In this document: positions 1 through 9,960 of the stretch, one piece after another
Position numbering within the stretch: the first letter of the stretch is position 1
Layout of the letters: the number at the start of each line of letters is the position of its first letter
DNA from: Oscillospiraceae bacterium
GTDB lineage: Bacteria; Bacillota; Clostridia; Oscillospirales; SIG627
Length of the DNA stretch: 64,000 nucleotides
Assembly (NCBI GenBank): GCA_015063605.1
Contig: SVTV01000011.1
Span: 1-64,000, forward strand
Reading direction: 5' to 3'
Notes under the pieces: generated by a model
Told to the model about the DNA's origin: nothing
What the model saw: only the letters and a program-made list of their open reading frames with translations
The model's database searches: none
Translations under genes and position numbers: made by a program

Positions 1-87
1 GCAGAATATGAAAAGGATTGCATCCATCCTCTGGAAGAGGAGTTTGCTTCTTTTTTCTGCCCTACTTGTTTTTCCTTTTATTTGTTC

Positions 88-113
88 AAAACCCGCCTTT
101 TTGAGGCGGGTTT
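88..113. terminator. GC-rich hairpin AAACCCGCC-N7-GGCGGGTTT flanked by T/A runs; likely bidirectional intrinsic terminator
   Basis: Perfect 9-bp inverted repeat with 7-nt loop, T-rich flank; seen directly in sequence. Confidence 0.55.
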
Positions 114-150
114 GTCAGTAGTCTGAGTATCTCACTATCGTGAGATGCTC

Positions 151-412
151 AAAAAGTTTGCACTTGTCCGTCAAAAAGGACGACGGACAGTTTGCAAAAG
201 CAAACACGTGCAAACTTTGCACAAGTGCGTAAACCACGCCAAAAAGTTTGCACTTGTCCGCCAAAAAGGACGGCAGACAGTTTGCAAAAGCAAACACGCG
301 CAAACTTCGCATAAGTGCGCAAGCCACGCCAAAAAGTTTGCACTTGTCCGCCAAAAAGGACGGCAGACAGTTTGCAAAAGCAAACACGTGCAAACTTCGC
401 ATAAGTGCGGGT
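151..412. repeat. Tandem direct repeat, 90-bp unit x about 2.9 copies, immediately upstream of GH95 start codon
   Basis: Units at 151-240, 241-330, 331-about 412 nearly identical (AAAAAGTTTGCACTTGTCCG...GCAAAAGCAAACACGTGCAAAC...); internal short inverted repeats (TTTGC-N4-GCAAA, GTGCAAACTTTGCAC). Confidence 0.9.
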
Positions 413-446
413 TACGGTAAAAAATACGAAAGGAACGGTTAAAAAT

Positions 447-2795
447 ATGTCGGATAAGCTTTGGTACGATAAGTATTATGAGGATTGGATGAAGGCTCTG
501 CCATTGGGAAACGGACGTGTGGGAGCCATGGTATACGGAAGCCCCCACAGGGAGCGGATAGAGATGAATGAGGAATCTCTTTGGAGCGGAAAGCCTCTGG
601 AGGAGACGAATCATGCATCTCCCGAAGCATTGAAGGAGCTTCGCACTCTTCTTTTTGCGGAAAAGTATGAAGAGGCGGCACAGCTTTGCAAGGATACATT
701 TCTTGCTTCGCCCTCGAGAGTCCGCTTTTATGAAAGCTTCGGAGAGCTTTTCGTGGATATGGAGGATAAGAGCGGATATTCCGCATACAGAAAGGAGCTT
801 GATCTGAGAGACGGTATCGTCCGGGTAAGCTATGAAAAAAGCGGGATCGTATATGAAAGCGAGGCTTTGGTCAGCGACAAATACGATATATTCGCATACA
901 GGATAAAAACAGGCGGCGAGCCTTTTTCATGCTGTGTTTCTTATGTGAGGGGACAGGATGCATCCGTTTCGTCATTGGATGAAAACACACTTCTCTTAAA
1001 CGGCAGAGTCGTTTTCAAGAGCCATCCCGAAAGGGGAGATGGCGGAGAGGGTATGAGCTTCGGCGCTCTTATCAAAATAAAGTCCGACGGCGAGGTCGCC
1101 TCCGATAAGCTTTCCGTTTCCGTGAAGGACGGTACATACGTTGAGATATACACATCCTTTGCCACAAATTACGATGCGGAAAATTATTCCATAGACGAGA
1201 ATAAAAAATACAAGGAAAAGCTTTTTTCGGATATTTCCAAAGCCTTGGAAACGGGATTTGACGGAATAAGAGACGATCACATAACGGAGCACGCAAGGGT
1301 ATATGACAGAACGAGCCTTACGATAGAGGGCACGGACAGGAGCGGTATCCCCACCGATGAAAGACTGCGGCTTGCAAGAGAGGGAGAAACGGATAACGAT
1401 CTTTACACCCTTTATTTCAATTTCTGCCGCTATCTTCTTACGGAAAGCTCGGGCAAAAGAGCAGTCCTTCCCGCAAATCTTCAGGGCATCTGGTGCAGCG
1501 GATTTACGCCTCCCTGGGGAAGCGACTACCACACGAATATAAATCTGCAGATGAATTACTGGCCTGCGGACACGGTGAATATGTCCGAGACCGTCAAGCC
1601 CTTTGTTCACTTTATGAAGATGATAAGCCGTGCCGGGGTAAAGACATCAAGGGAGCTTTTCGGAACGGAGGGTTGGGTAGTGAACCACACCACCGATGTT
1701 TTCGGCAGAACGGGAGTTCATGATTCCGTCCAATGCGGATTTTTCCCCATGGCAGGACCCTGGCTGTGTCTTAACCTTTGGGAACATTACGAATTTACAA
1801 GGGATGAAAAGCTTCTCGAAGAAATATATCCCATTATGAAGGGTGCTTGCGAATTTGTTCTGGGATTTCTTACGGAAAGCGATGACGGATACCTTGTGAC
1901 AAGCCCATCCAATTCCCCGGAAAACAAGTTTTTCTATATAGATGAAAGCGGAAATAAAAAGGCGAGTATGTTTACATACGGAGCTACCGTTGATTTTGAG
2001 ATAATATACGCCCTTTTCACCCGCACCGTTTTTGCCTGCGGTAAGCTCGGCACGGATAAGGAGCTTGCGGAAAGGCTGGAAGAAACGCTGAAAAGACTTC
2101 CTCCGCTACGTATAAGCGAAAGATACGGTACGATCTGCGAATGGATACACGATTACGAGGAGACAGAGCCCTCCCACCGCCACATATCCCATTTGTTTGC
2201 ACTTTTCCCTTCGGATCAGATAAATGAAAACAGCGGTGCTCTTTATGAGGCTGCCAAAAAGACTATCGCAAGGCGTCTCGAACACGGAGGCGGTGCCACG
2301 GGATGGTCGAGAGCCTGGATAATCAATTTCTATGCAAGATTGAAGGACGGCAAAAGAGCTCTTGAGAATCTCGATCTGCTTCTTGCACGATCCACGGCGG
2401 ACAACCTTTTCGACATTCATCCTCCCTTCCAGATAGACGGAAATTTCGGAGGACTGTCGGGAATTGCGGAAATGCTTTTGCAGAGCCATGAGGGAAAGCC
2501 CGGAGAGAGGATAGTGTCTCTCCTTCCCGCACTTCCCGAAAAGTGGAAAAACGGTCATGTCAAGGGCTTGCGTACAAGAGGCGGCTATGAAGCAGATATC
2601 CGATGGGAAAACGGAAGTCCCGTTTATCTTGCGGTGAAGGCTGAAGGGGGAGGCGTATTCAGGCTTAAGCTTACGGATAAGATGAAGAGTATTGAGTGCA
2701 GCCGTGAATATAAGATCGACGGCGGCATATTGGAAATACCTCTCGGCGCAGGAGAGGAATGCGGGCTCCGTTTTGAAAAAACAAAAGAAATATGA
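447..2795 (+). CDS. Glycoside hydrolase family 95 alpha-L-fucosidase (alpha-1,2-fucosidase-like)
   Basis: N-terminal GH95 signature KLWYDKYYEDWMKALPLGNGRVGAMVYG...EESLWSG, length about 780 aa; start moved to ATG 447 (MSDKLWY) behind AAAGGAACGG SD. Confidence 0.85.
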   Translation: MSDKLWYDKYYEDWMKALPLGNGRVGAMVYGSPHRERIEMNEESLWSGKPLEETNHASPEALKELRTLLFAEKYEEAAQLCKDTFLASPSRVRFYESFGELFVDMEDKSGYSAYRKELDLRDGIVRVSYEKSGIVYESEALVSDKYDIFAYRIKTGGEPFSCCVSYVRGQDASVSSLDENTLLLNGRVVFKSHPERGDGGEGMSFGALIKIKSDGEVASDKLSVSVKDGTYVEIYTSFATNYDAENYSIDENKKYKEKLFSDISKALETGFDGIRDDHITEHARVYDRTSLTIEGTDRSGIPTDERLRLAREGETDNDLYTLYFNFCRYLLTESSGKRAVLPANLQGIWCSGFTPPWGSDYHTNINLQMNYWPADTVNMSETVKPFVHFMKMISRAGVKTSRELFGTEGWVVNHTTDVFGRTGVHDSVQCGFFPMAGPWLCLNLWEHYEFTRDEKLLEEIYPIMKGACEFVLGFLTESDDGYLVTSPSNSPENKFFYIDESGNKKASMFTYGATVDFEIIYALFTRTVFACGKLGTDKELAERLEETLKRLPPLRISERYGTICEWIHDYEETEPSHRHISHLFALFPSDQINENSGALYEAAKKTIARRLEHGGGATGWSRAWIINFYARLKDGKRALENLDLLLARSTADNLFDIHPPFQIDGNFGGLSGIAEMLLQSHEGKPGERIVSLLPALPEKWKNGHVKGLRTRGGYEADIRWENGSPVYLAVKAEGGGVFRLKLTDKMKSIECSREYKIDGGILEIPLGAGEECGLRFEKTKEI

Positions 2796-2835
2796 ATATT
2801 TTTTCATAAAAAATTAATTTTTATGCATTTTGCTA

Positions 2836-2864
2836 TTGCAAAAAATCGAAAAATATTGTATACT
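2836..2864 (+). promoter_or_regulatory. Sigma70-like promoter TTGCAA-17-TATACT for TAXI-TRAP operon
   Basis: ttgcaaaaaatcgaaaaatattgtatact, about 45 bp upstream of SBP gene. Confidence 0.45.
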
Positions 2865-2917
2865 ATTATCCACGTATTTAAGTATTTTAAAATACACTGA
2901 AAGGAATGGTTATAACC

Positions 2918-3868
2918 ATGAAGAAAATTTTAATTTCTGTATTGCTCATTGCGGCAATGGTACTTTCCCTTGTTTCCTGCGGCGCAGGTATGACAATGGG
3001 TACAGGCGGAACATCCGGTACATATTACGCTTACGGCGGAATACTCGGCAACCAGATCAAGGCTTCTGCGGGAATCACGGTTAACGTAGTTTCCACAGAC
3101 GGATCCAAGGCTAACATCCTCGGAATCGATGCAGGCAATTATCAGCTCGGTACAGTTCAGTCCGACGTTATGGCTTATGCATGGAACGGCACAAACACAT
3201 TCGCTGAAGACGGCGCAGTTAAGTCCTTCAGAGTAATCGGCGGCCTCTATGCTGAAGCTGTTCAGCTCGTTACAATGGATTCCTCCATCAAGTCCGTTAA
3301 AGACCTTAAGGGCAAGAGCGTTTCCATCGGTGCTGCAGGCTCCGGTGTTTACTTCAACGCTATAGATATTCTCGCTGCTGCAGGTCTTAAGGAAACAGAC
3401 ATCAAGGCTCAGTATCAGTCCTTCGCTGACTCTGCCGATGCTCTCAAGGATGGCAAGATCGACGCTGCTTTCATCGTTGCAGGCGCTCCCACACCCGCTA
3501 TCCAGGAACTCTGCCAGACAACAGACGCTCGCCTCGTTCCCATCGACGGCGATATCGCTGAAGCTCTTATGTCTTCCTCCGAGTACTACACAGTATACGA
3601 GGTTCCCGCTGAAACATACAAGGGTCAGACAGAAGCTGTTAAGACAGTTACAGTTAAGGCTACTCTTATAGTAAGCGCTAACTCCTCCGAAGAAGACGTT
3701 TACAACGTAACAAAGGCTATATTCGATAATGTTGATGCTATCGCAGCTGCTCACGGTAAGGGCGCAGAGCTCTCCCTCGAGAACGCTACAAGCGGTATGA
3801 CAGCTCCTTTCCACAAGGGCGCTGCTAAGTATTTCGCAGAAAAAGGCATCACTGTTACAGCCGAATAA
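2918..3868 (+). CDS. TAXI-family TRAP transporter solute-binding lipoprotein
   Basis: Lipoprotein signal MKKILISVLLIAAMVLSLVSCGAG; TAXI motifs GTGGTSGTYYAYGGILGN; alternative start 2906. Confidence 0.8.
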   Translation: MKKILISVLLIAAMVLSLVSCGAGMTMGTGGTSGTYYAYGGILGNQIKASAGITVNVVSTDGSKANILGIDAGNYQLGTVQSDVMAYAWNGTNTFAEDGAVKSFRVIGGLYAEAVQLVTMDSSIKSVKDLKGKSVSIGAAGSGVYFNAIDILAAAGLKETDIKAQYQSFADSADALKDGKIDAAFIVAGAPTPAIQELCQTTDARLVPIDGDIAEALMSSSEYYTVYEVPAETYKGQTEAVKTVTVKATLIVSANSSEEDVYNVTKAIFDNVDAIAAAHGKGAELSLENATSGMTAPFHKGAAKYFAEKGITVTAE

Positions 3869-3907
3869 TCTTTTATCAGATTTTAAGTTAATAAAAATAA
3901 TCGCTGA

Positions 3908-3944
3908 GATTGGCTGTGGCTTGATCCCCGCAGCCAATCTTCTT
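3908..3944 (+). other. Intercistronic stem-loop between SBP and permease genes
   Basis: gattggctgtgg...ccgcagccaatc inverted repeat (one mismatch), no T-run; typical stability/partial-termination element between SBP and membrane subunit. Confidence 0.4.
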
Positions 3945-3978
3945 GCGCAAATGCGCATAAAGTCCGAAAGGAGGATCT

Positions 3979-5937
3979 ATGGCATTTTTTAAGAAAAAGG
4001 ATACGCCCGAGGTGCAGGAACCCATGGACCTCGATGAGGTCATGAAAAAATTCGACCGTGAGTCGAATGTCCGTATATGGGAAGGCGTTCCCAAGATCGT
4101 TGTAACATGCATTTTGGCTGTATTTTCCGTATTGTGCATATACGTAACGCTGTGGGCGACATGGCTCGATGAGCTCCGACTCACAACATTTATGGCATTT
4201 ATCGTTTTTAACGGTTATATGATATTTCCCGCGAAAAAAGGTGTGCAGAAGGTAAACTACATACCCTGGTATGATATCGTTCTTATGGCGGCGGGAACTT
4301 GTTCTTTCTTGTATTTCGCAATCAACGCATCCACAATAGTGGCGCGATTCAATATAAATACTCTTGAGGTTATTATAGGTATAATAGGTGTTGCATGCCT
4401 TGCGGAGCTTTGCCGCAGAAGCGTCGGTTTTCCCATACTTATAGTGGCGGGTGTCCTTCTTGTCTATGCAATGATATGGGGCTCCACTAATCCCAGTATC
4501 GTTGCACGTATAACGGAAATGGTAAGAGTTCTCTTCTATTCAAAGGAAGGTATCCTTTCCACTCCCGTAAATGTATGCTCAAAGTATATCGTAATGTTCA
4601 TAATATTCGGTGCATTCCTTGAACGTACCGGTATTGCCGACTTCTTCATAGAAATAGCAAATGCTCTCGTAGGACGTTTTTCCGGCGGTCCCGCAAAGGT
4701 TGCCGTTGTTGCGTCCGCTCTTGAGGGAATGGTATCCGGCTCCTCCGTTGCAAATACGGTCGGTTCCGGCGCAGTCACCATACCGCTCATGAAGCGTACG
4801 GGCTATAAGCCCGAATTTGCCGCCGCTGCGGAAGCTTCCGCATCCACGGGCGGTCAGATCATGCCTCCCATTATGGGTGCTGCGGCGTTCCTTATGGCGG
4901 AGACCATAGGTATGCCTTATTCATCTATAGTTGTAAAGGCTATACTTCCCGCCGTTCTTTACTTTGCGGGCGTATTTATCACAGTTCACCTTGAAGCCAA
5001 AAAAGAAGGTCTGAAGGGCATGAGCAAGGATCAGCTTCCCAGATTGAAGTCCCTTATCAAGCAGACATATCTCCTTCTTCCTCTTGTTCTTCTTATTTAC
5101 CTTGTCGGTACAAGCACATACTCCATAGCTTACGCTGCCGCTATCGCAATAGTTATAGCGATCGTTGTAAGTATGTTCAAAAAAGAGACACGCATGACTC
5201 CCGCCAGACTTTTAGATGCTCTTGCGGCAGGTGCACGGGGAATGATATCCGTTGCGGTCGCCTGCGGTATAGCAGGTATCATAGCAGGTATCATCGGTGT
5301 TACGGGTCTTGCTTATATGCTCTTTAACGGTATAGTTACACTTGCGGGTAATCAGACGATAATCGCTCTCTTCCTTACAATGCTTTGCTGTATCGTTCTC
5401 GGAATGGGAGTTCCCACAACGGCAAATTACTGCATCATGGCGGCTACATGTGCTCCCATACTTGTTCAGATGGGCGTTCCGCTGGTTGCGGCTCACTTCT
5501 TCGTATTCTACTTCGGTATAGTTGCCGACCTTACTCCTCCCGTTGCTCTTGCGGCATATGCGGGCGCGGCAATCGCTCAGGCAAACCCCATGAAGACGGC
5601 TCTGACATCAACGAAGCTTGCCATAGGTGCGTTTATCGTGCCTTACGTTTTCGCATTGAATCCCGTTATGCTTCTTGAGGGTGATCCCGGATTTATTGAG
5701 GTAGCTTTGATAATTGTTACTTCTCTTGTCGGTATATTCGGCGTTTCTGCGGCTCTTGAGGGTTATGTATTCGGACGTATGAACTGGATGCAGAGAATAT
5801 TGTCCGGTGCGGGCGGTCTTCTCCTTATCATCCCCGGTCTCGTTACCGACCTTGCGGGAATAGCGCTTGTTGCTGTAGTTATAGTATGGCAGATCATTGC
5901 AAGAAAGGCTTCCGAAGGAGCAGAAGCAAAGGCGTAA
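3979..5937 (+). CDS. TRAP transporter fused permease (DctQ-DctM fusion, TAXI-associated type)
   Basis: 652 aa polytopic membrane protein immediately downstream of TAXI SBP; length and architecture typical of TAXI-TRAP permeases. Confidence 0.8.
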   Translation: MAFFKKKDTPEVQEPMDLDEVMKKFDRESNVRIWEGVPKIVVTCILAVFSVLCIYVTLWATWLDELRLTTFMAFIVFNGYMIFPAKKGVQKVNYIPWYDIVLMAAGTCSFLYFAINASTIVARFNINTLEVIIGIIGVACLAELCRRSVGFPILIVAGVLLVYAMIWGSTNPSIVARITEMVRVLFYSKEGILSTPVNVCSKYIVMFIIFGAFLERTGIADFFIEIANALVGRFSGGPAKVAVVASALEGMVSGSSVANTVGSGAVTIPLMKRTGYKPEFAAAAEASASTGGQIMPPIMGAAAFLMAETIGMPYSSIVVKAILPAVLYFAGVFITVHLEAKKEGLKGMSKDQLPRLKSLIKQTYLLLPLVLLIYLVGTSTYSIAYAAAIAIVIAIVVSMFKKETRMTPARLLDALAAGARGMISVAVACGIAGIIAGIIGVTGLAYMLFNGIVTLAGNQTIIALFLTMLCCIVLGMGVPTTANYCIMAATCAPILVQMGVPLVAAHFFVFYFGIVADLTPPVALAAYAGAAIAQANPMKTALTSTKLAIGAFIVPYVFALNPVMLLEGDPGFIEVALIIVTSLVGIFGVSAALEGYVFGRMNWMQRILSGAGGLLLIIPGLVTDLAGIALVAVVIVWQIIARKASEGAEAKA

Positions 5938-5954
5938 AATACAAATAAATTAAG

Positions 5955-5998
5955 ACTTGTCTTTTTGCTTTGATGCATGAGACAAGTCTTGTTTTTTT
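5955..5998 (+). terminator. Intrinsic terminator after TRAP permease
   Basis: AGACTTGTCT-N17-AGACAAGTCT followed by TGTTTTTTTC. Confidence 0.7.
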
Positions 5999-6035
5999 CT
6001 TTCAAAAAATGAATAAAAAAGTTTTGTTTTTTGTC

Positions 6036-6064
6036 TTGACTGAAACCGCGGGATGTGGTAATAT
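6036..6064 (+). promoter_or_regulatory. Sigma70-like promoter TTGACT-17-TAATAT
   Basis: ttgactgaaaccgcgggatgtggtaatat upstream of 6118 CDS. Confidence 0.45.
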
Positions 6065-6117
6065 ACTCTTTAACAAATGTTTTGTGATCTTTTGATCGTA
6101 CGGAAAGGGAAAAGCAA

Positions 6118-7071
6118 ATGTTAAACAATATATTCGAACAGGTTAAATACGGCTGTCAGCCCATAAAAAAGCGTCTGAAAAAATGCGGAACCGTTAAAAA
6201 AGGCATCGTAGAAGCCACACCCGTGGTATGGAAGGGAAGGCTTCTGCGTTTTGAATGGATGCGCTCCGCCGCATGGGGAATAGGAAACGAAATGAGAAAG
6301 GACGGCTATTATCATTTTGTGGATATGGAAAACGAACAGGAGGCGGGCGTTCCCTTCGCATATGCTCATTCCTTCGGCTGTGCGTATGAGGAAAACGGCA
6401 TCATGTATGTTCACGGTGTCAACGGAAGCAACGGCGGCACGAACATTATCGATGTTTGTATTTCAAGAGACCTTGTGAATTGGGATATAAAGACCGCCAT
6501 AGTCCTTCCCGAAAATTTACAGATATACAACACCTCCGTGTGCCGCGGCGACGGAAGGTATATAATGGCGATCGAAGTTGCGGGCCCCAAGGAAATGATA
6601 GGTGTACCGTTTACTGTCATATTTGCCGAATCGAATGATCTTCTGAGCTGGAAGCTTCTCCCGATGGATGAGCATATTTATCTTAAGGAAAAGTATACGG
6701 CTTGTCCGTCGATACGGTTTTATGACGGATATTATTACATGGTATATCTTGAAGCATTGCCATTTTACAGATACACACCCTATATTGTCAGATCGAAGGA
6801 TCTAAAGGATTTTGAAGCGGCTATCGTGAACCCCTTCATGATGTTTGACGATGAGGACAAGAGGATAGCCCGAGTCAATTCCCTGGATGCTCCCACTGCT
6901 CAGGCGATGATGAGAGCGGTGAACTGCAACGACAGTGACGTGGATTTCTGTGACTTCAACGGCAAGACCGTTATCCTTTACAGTTGGGGAAATCAGCGGG
7001 GAACGGAATTTCTTGCGAGGGCGGAATATGACGGCACGTTGCAGGAGCTCCTCGAATCATATTTTGAATAA
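6118..7071 (+). CDS. Beta-propeller glycoside-hydrolase-like protein (GH43/GH117/GH130-like fold; family not resolved)
   Basis: 317 aa, no signal peptide, repeated W/Y-rich blade-like segments; sits between transporter and dehydratase genes in GH-rich locus. Confidence 0.3.
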   Translation: MLNNIFEQVKYGCQPIKKRLKKCGTVKKGIVEATPVVWKGRLLRFEWMRSAAWGIGNEMRKDGYYHFVDMENEQEAGVPFAYAHSFGCAYEENGIMYVHGVNGSNGGTNIIDVCISRDLVNWDIKTAIVLPENLQIYNTSVCRGDGRYIMAIEVAGPKEMIGVPFTVIFAESNDLLSWKLLPMDEHIYLKEKYTACPSIRFYDGYYYMVYLEALPFYRYTPYIVRSKDLKDFEAAIVNPFMMFDDEDKRIARVNSLDAPTAQAMMRAVNCNDSDVDFCDFNGKTVILYSWGNQRGTEFLARAEYDGTLQELLESYFE

Positions 7072-7085
7072 TAGAGAATAGTAAA

Positions 7086-7883
7086 ATGAAACCAACATTT
7101 TTGAATCAGAACAGTCCCCTTATTACGGGAATGATATTGAAGGATACACCGGATGAAATACGCTTTGCCGTAAAGAATTCAATATATGACGGTGCGGATT
7201 GCCTCGGAATACAGCTTGAATTTCTGAAAAGAGAATACAGGACGGAGGATAATTTCAGAAGGATCTTCGCCGCCTGCTCCGGTCATCCCATATACATCAC
7301 AAATTACAGAGGCAGAGAAAATACGGGGCTTACGGATGAAGAGATATCCGAGGAGCTTCTTACCGCATTGAGGTGCGGTGCTACGCTTGCCGATGTTCCG
7401 GGAAGCTTTTTCGATGATGAAAGCGGAATGGGAATAGGTCTTGAGCTTTCACGGAAAAAAGATGCGGCGGAAAAACAGATAAGGCTTATCGAAAGGATAC
7501 ACGAAATGGGCAAGGAAGCATTGATGTCCTCCCATGTTCTGAAATTCGCATCTGCTGAGACCGTACTCGAGATTGCATTCGAGCAGCAAAGACGGGGTGC
7601 GGATGTGGTGAAGATAGTAACCGCCGCAAATTCAGACGAAGAGCAGATAGAAAATCTCAGAATAACGAATCTTTTGAAAAAGGAATTGAAGGTGCCGTTT
7701 TTGTTCCTGTCGGGAGGTACTCATTCCAAGATACACAGAATGATTGGTCCCCAGCTGGGTTGTGTCACTTATCTTGCGGTAAGAGAGCATGACGAACGTG
7801 CCGTATCCACACAGCCTACTATAAGAGCGGCAAAGGCGGTAAGAGATAATCTCGATTATTTACCCGATATTATATTGGAATAA
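7086..7883 (+). CDS. Type I 3-dehydroquinate dehydratase-like enzyme (AroD family paralog)
   Basis: AroD-like motifs: SSHVL (catalytic His region), VKIVTAANSDEE (Schiff-base Lys region), SGGTHSKIHRMIGPQLGCVTYLA (MG..G..SRi..G.S.T.A pattern). Confidence 0.5.
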   Translation: MKPTFLNQNSPLITGMILKDTPDEIRFAVKNSIYDGADCLGIQLEFLKREYRTEDNFRRIFAACSGHPIYITNYRGRENTGLTDEEISEELLTALRCGATLADVPGSFFDDESGMGIGLELSRKKDAAEKQIRLIERIHEMGKEALMSSHVLKFASAETVLEIAFEQQRRGADVVKIVTAANSDEEQIENLRITNLLKKELKVPFLFLSGGTHSKIHRMIGPQLGCVTYLAVREHDERAVSTQPTIRAAKAVRDNLDYLPDIILE

Positions 7884-7948
7884 AAAATCGATCCGCCGTA
7901 TCACGGCGGTGCCGTATAAAGTAAATTAATAGAGGTGAAGTCGAAAAA

Positions 7949-8947
7949 ATGAAAAAAGTAAAGGTAGCACAAATTGGCACGAGCAGCTACAGTCATGGCT
8001 CAGCTATATGGAAAAGTATAATAAAGCAGAAAGATGTTTTTGAGGTGGCAGGCTATGCTCTCCCCGAAAACGAGCGTGAAAAATTCTCACAGCAGATGGT
8101 CATATTTGAGGGGTATCCCGAGTTGACCGTTGAGGAGATTATAAACGATCCCGAGATTGAGGGCGTTATAGTGGAGACAGAGGAGATATATCTTACAAAG
8201 TATGCACTTATGGTTGCGGAAGCGGGTAAGCATCTTCACATGGAAAAGCCGGGAAGCGATGATATTGAAGGCTTTGAAAGACTTGTGGATATATTGAAGA
8301 GCAAGGGTCTCGTTTTTTCCACGGGATATATGTACAGATTCAATCCCACGGTAATGGAAGCTATGGAAAAGGTGAAGAACGGAGATCTCGGTAAAATATA
8401 CTCTGTGGAGGCTCACATGAGTATCCTTCACGACAATGCGCTCAGAGAATGGCTCAAGGTGTTCAATGGCGGCATGATGTTTTTCCTCGGATGCCATCTG
8501 ATAGACCTTATCTACCGTATCCAGGGCGAGCCCGACGAGGTCATTCCTCTGAATTGCTCAACGGGATGCGGGGATATCCATGTGGAGGATTATGGTATGG
8601 CAGTATACAAATATCCTAACGGTGTTTCCTTTGCGAAGACATGCGATATAGAATACGGTGGATTTTTACGCAGACAGCTCGTCATCTGCGGAGAAAAGGG
8701 CACTATTGAAATAAAGCCCCTTGAAATGGTGGCATCGGGCGGTCAGCTTACCTTCTCCAACGAATGTTACCACAGGAATATACATCAGCCGTGGGAAAGC
8801 AAGCAAAGCGGACTGTATGACCGATACGACGATATGATGAAAAACTTTGCAGAGCTTGTAAGGGGTAAGGAAAATCCTTATTCCTACGATTATGAGCTGG
8901 GACTTTATAAGCTTATCTTACGTTCCTGCGGAAAGGATATAAAATGA
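7949..8947 (+). CDS. Gfo/Idh/MocA family NAD(P)-dependent oxidoreductase
   Basis: N-terminal Rossmann MKKVKVAQIGTSSYSHG; family-typical EKP motif (HLHMEKPGS); 332 aa. Confidence 0.7.
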   Translation: MKKVKVAQIGTSSYSHGSAIWKSIIKQKDVFEVAGYALPENEREKFSQQMVIFEGYPELTVEEIINDPEIEGVIVETEEIYLTKYALMVAEAGKHLHMEKPGSDDIEGFERLVDILKSKGLVFSTGYMYRFNPTVMEAMEKVKNGDLGKIYSVEAHMSILHDNALREWLKVFNGGMMFFLGCHLIDLIYRIQGEPDEVIPLNCSTGCGDIHVEDYGMAVYKYPNGVSFAKTCDIEYGGFLRRQLVICGEKGTIEIKPLEMVASGGQLTFSNECYHRNIHQPWESKQSGLYDRYDDMMKNFAELVRGKENPYSYDYELGLYKLILRSCGKDIK

Positions 8948-9960
8948 AAACAAAGCAGATAGTTTTTACAAAGCCGTACACGGCAGAGCTTCTTGACCGT
9001 GAATGCCTTCCCCCGAAAGCGGATGAGGTAACCGTACAGCTTGAATATTCCGCGATCAGCGCAGGCACGGAGAAAGCAAATTATACGGGAATGAGAAACG
9101 GAGTAGATCAATCGGAGGACGCAGAGCCTGTATTTCCGAGAACCACTGGCTACAGTGCCGCAGGAACGGTCATAGATGTTGGAAGCGGTATTACCGATAT
9201 ATCCGTAGGCGACAGAGTAGCCGTTTATTGGGGAAACCATAAAAAGCATATCACGGTGACACGTAATAAGGTCATAAAGCTTCCCGAGAGAGTATCCTCT
9301 ATGGAAGGTTCCATGGCGCTTATCTCCACGTTCCCTCTCGGTGCCATAAGAAAAGCCCACCTTGAGATGGGCGAATCCGCATTGGTGATGGGACTTGGTA
9401 TTCTCGGGATTTTTGCGGTGCAGGAGCTTCGTGCGGCGGGAGCTTATCCCGTAATTGCCGCAGATCCCATAAAGGAGCGCCGTGAGCTTGCTTTGAAAAT
9501 GGGAGCGGACGCTGTATTCGATCCCACTGAGGGAGACTTTGCAGGAAATGTGAAGAGGCTTACGGACGGCGGTGTGGATGTCTGCATCGAGGTCACGGGA
9601 TTGGGCATCGGTCTTATTCAGGCGCTTGACTGCATGAAGGAAATGGGAAGAATATCTCTTCTCGGATGCACGAGAAGCTCAAAATTCGAAATAGACTACT
9701 ACAGCAAGGTGCATGGAAAGGGTATACAGCTTCTGGGAGCACATACGAGGGCGCGTCCGAAATTCGAATCATCTTACGGCTTATGGACGGATGCAGATGA
9801 TATGAAGACAGTTCTCGGACTTATTGAAGGAAAGAGACTCAATTTCAAGGATATGATCGGTGAGATACATTCTCCCGCAGATGCTTCCGCAGTGTATGAC
9901 AGACTTGTAAACGATAAAAAATTCCCCGTTGGAGTTTTGTTCGATTGGAGCAGAATATAA
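8944..9960 (+). CDS. Zinc-binding medium-chain dehydrogenase/reductase (sorbitol/threonine dehydrogenase-like)
   Basis: 338 aa MDR architecture; ATGA start overlap with upstream gene (translational coupling). Confidence 0.6.
   Translation: MKTKQIVFTKPYTAELLDRECLPPKADEVTVQLEYSAISAGTEKANYTGMRNGVDQSEDAEPVFPRTTGYSAAGTVIDVGSGITDISVGDRVAVYWGNHKKHITVTRNKVIKLPERVSSMEGSMALISTFPLGAIRKAHLEMGESALVMGLGILGIFAVQELRAAGAYPVIAADPIKERRELALKMGADAVFDPTEGDFAGNVKRLTDGGVDVCIEVTGLGIGLIQALDCMKEMGRISLLGCTRSSKFEIDYYSKVHGKGIQLLGAHTRARPKFESSYGLWTDADDMKTVLGLIEGKRLNFKDMIGEIHSPADASAVYDRLVNDKKFPVGVLFDWSRI

Noticed and set aside
405-446. ORF-track start at 405 for the GH95 gene (MRVTVKNTKGTVKN...)
   Set aside because: This start lies inside the tandem repeat and has no SD. 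ATG 447 (MSDKLWY) has an AAAGGAACGG SD and matches the conserved GH95 N-terminus.
115-614. ORFs 115..402(-), 145..420(+), 149..343(-), 171..614(-), 248..442(+) with internally repetitive translations
   Set aside because: They are artifacts of translating the 90-bp tandem repeat in several frames. They have no start context, their peptides are repetitive, and they overlap one another.
2930-3958. 342-aa ORF antisense to the TAXI solute-binding protein gene
   Set aside because: It is fully antisense to a gene with clear family motifs and a lipoprotein signal. Its Cys/Ser-rich composition is typical of antisense reading of a GC-balanced gene.
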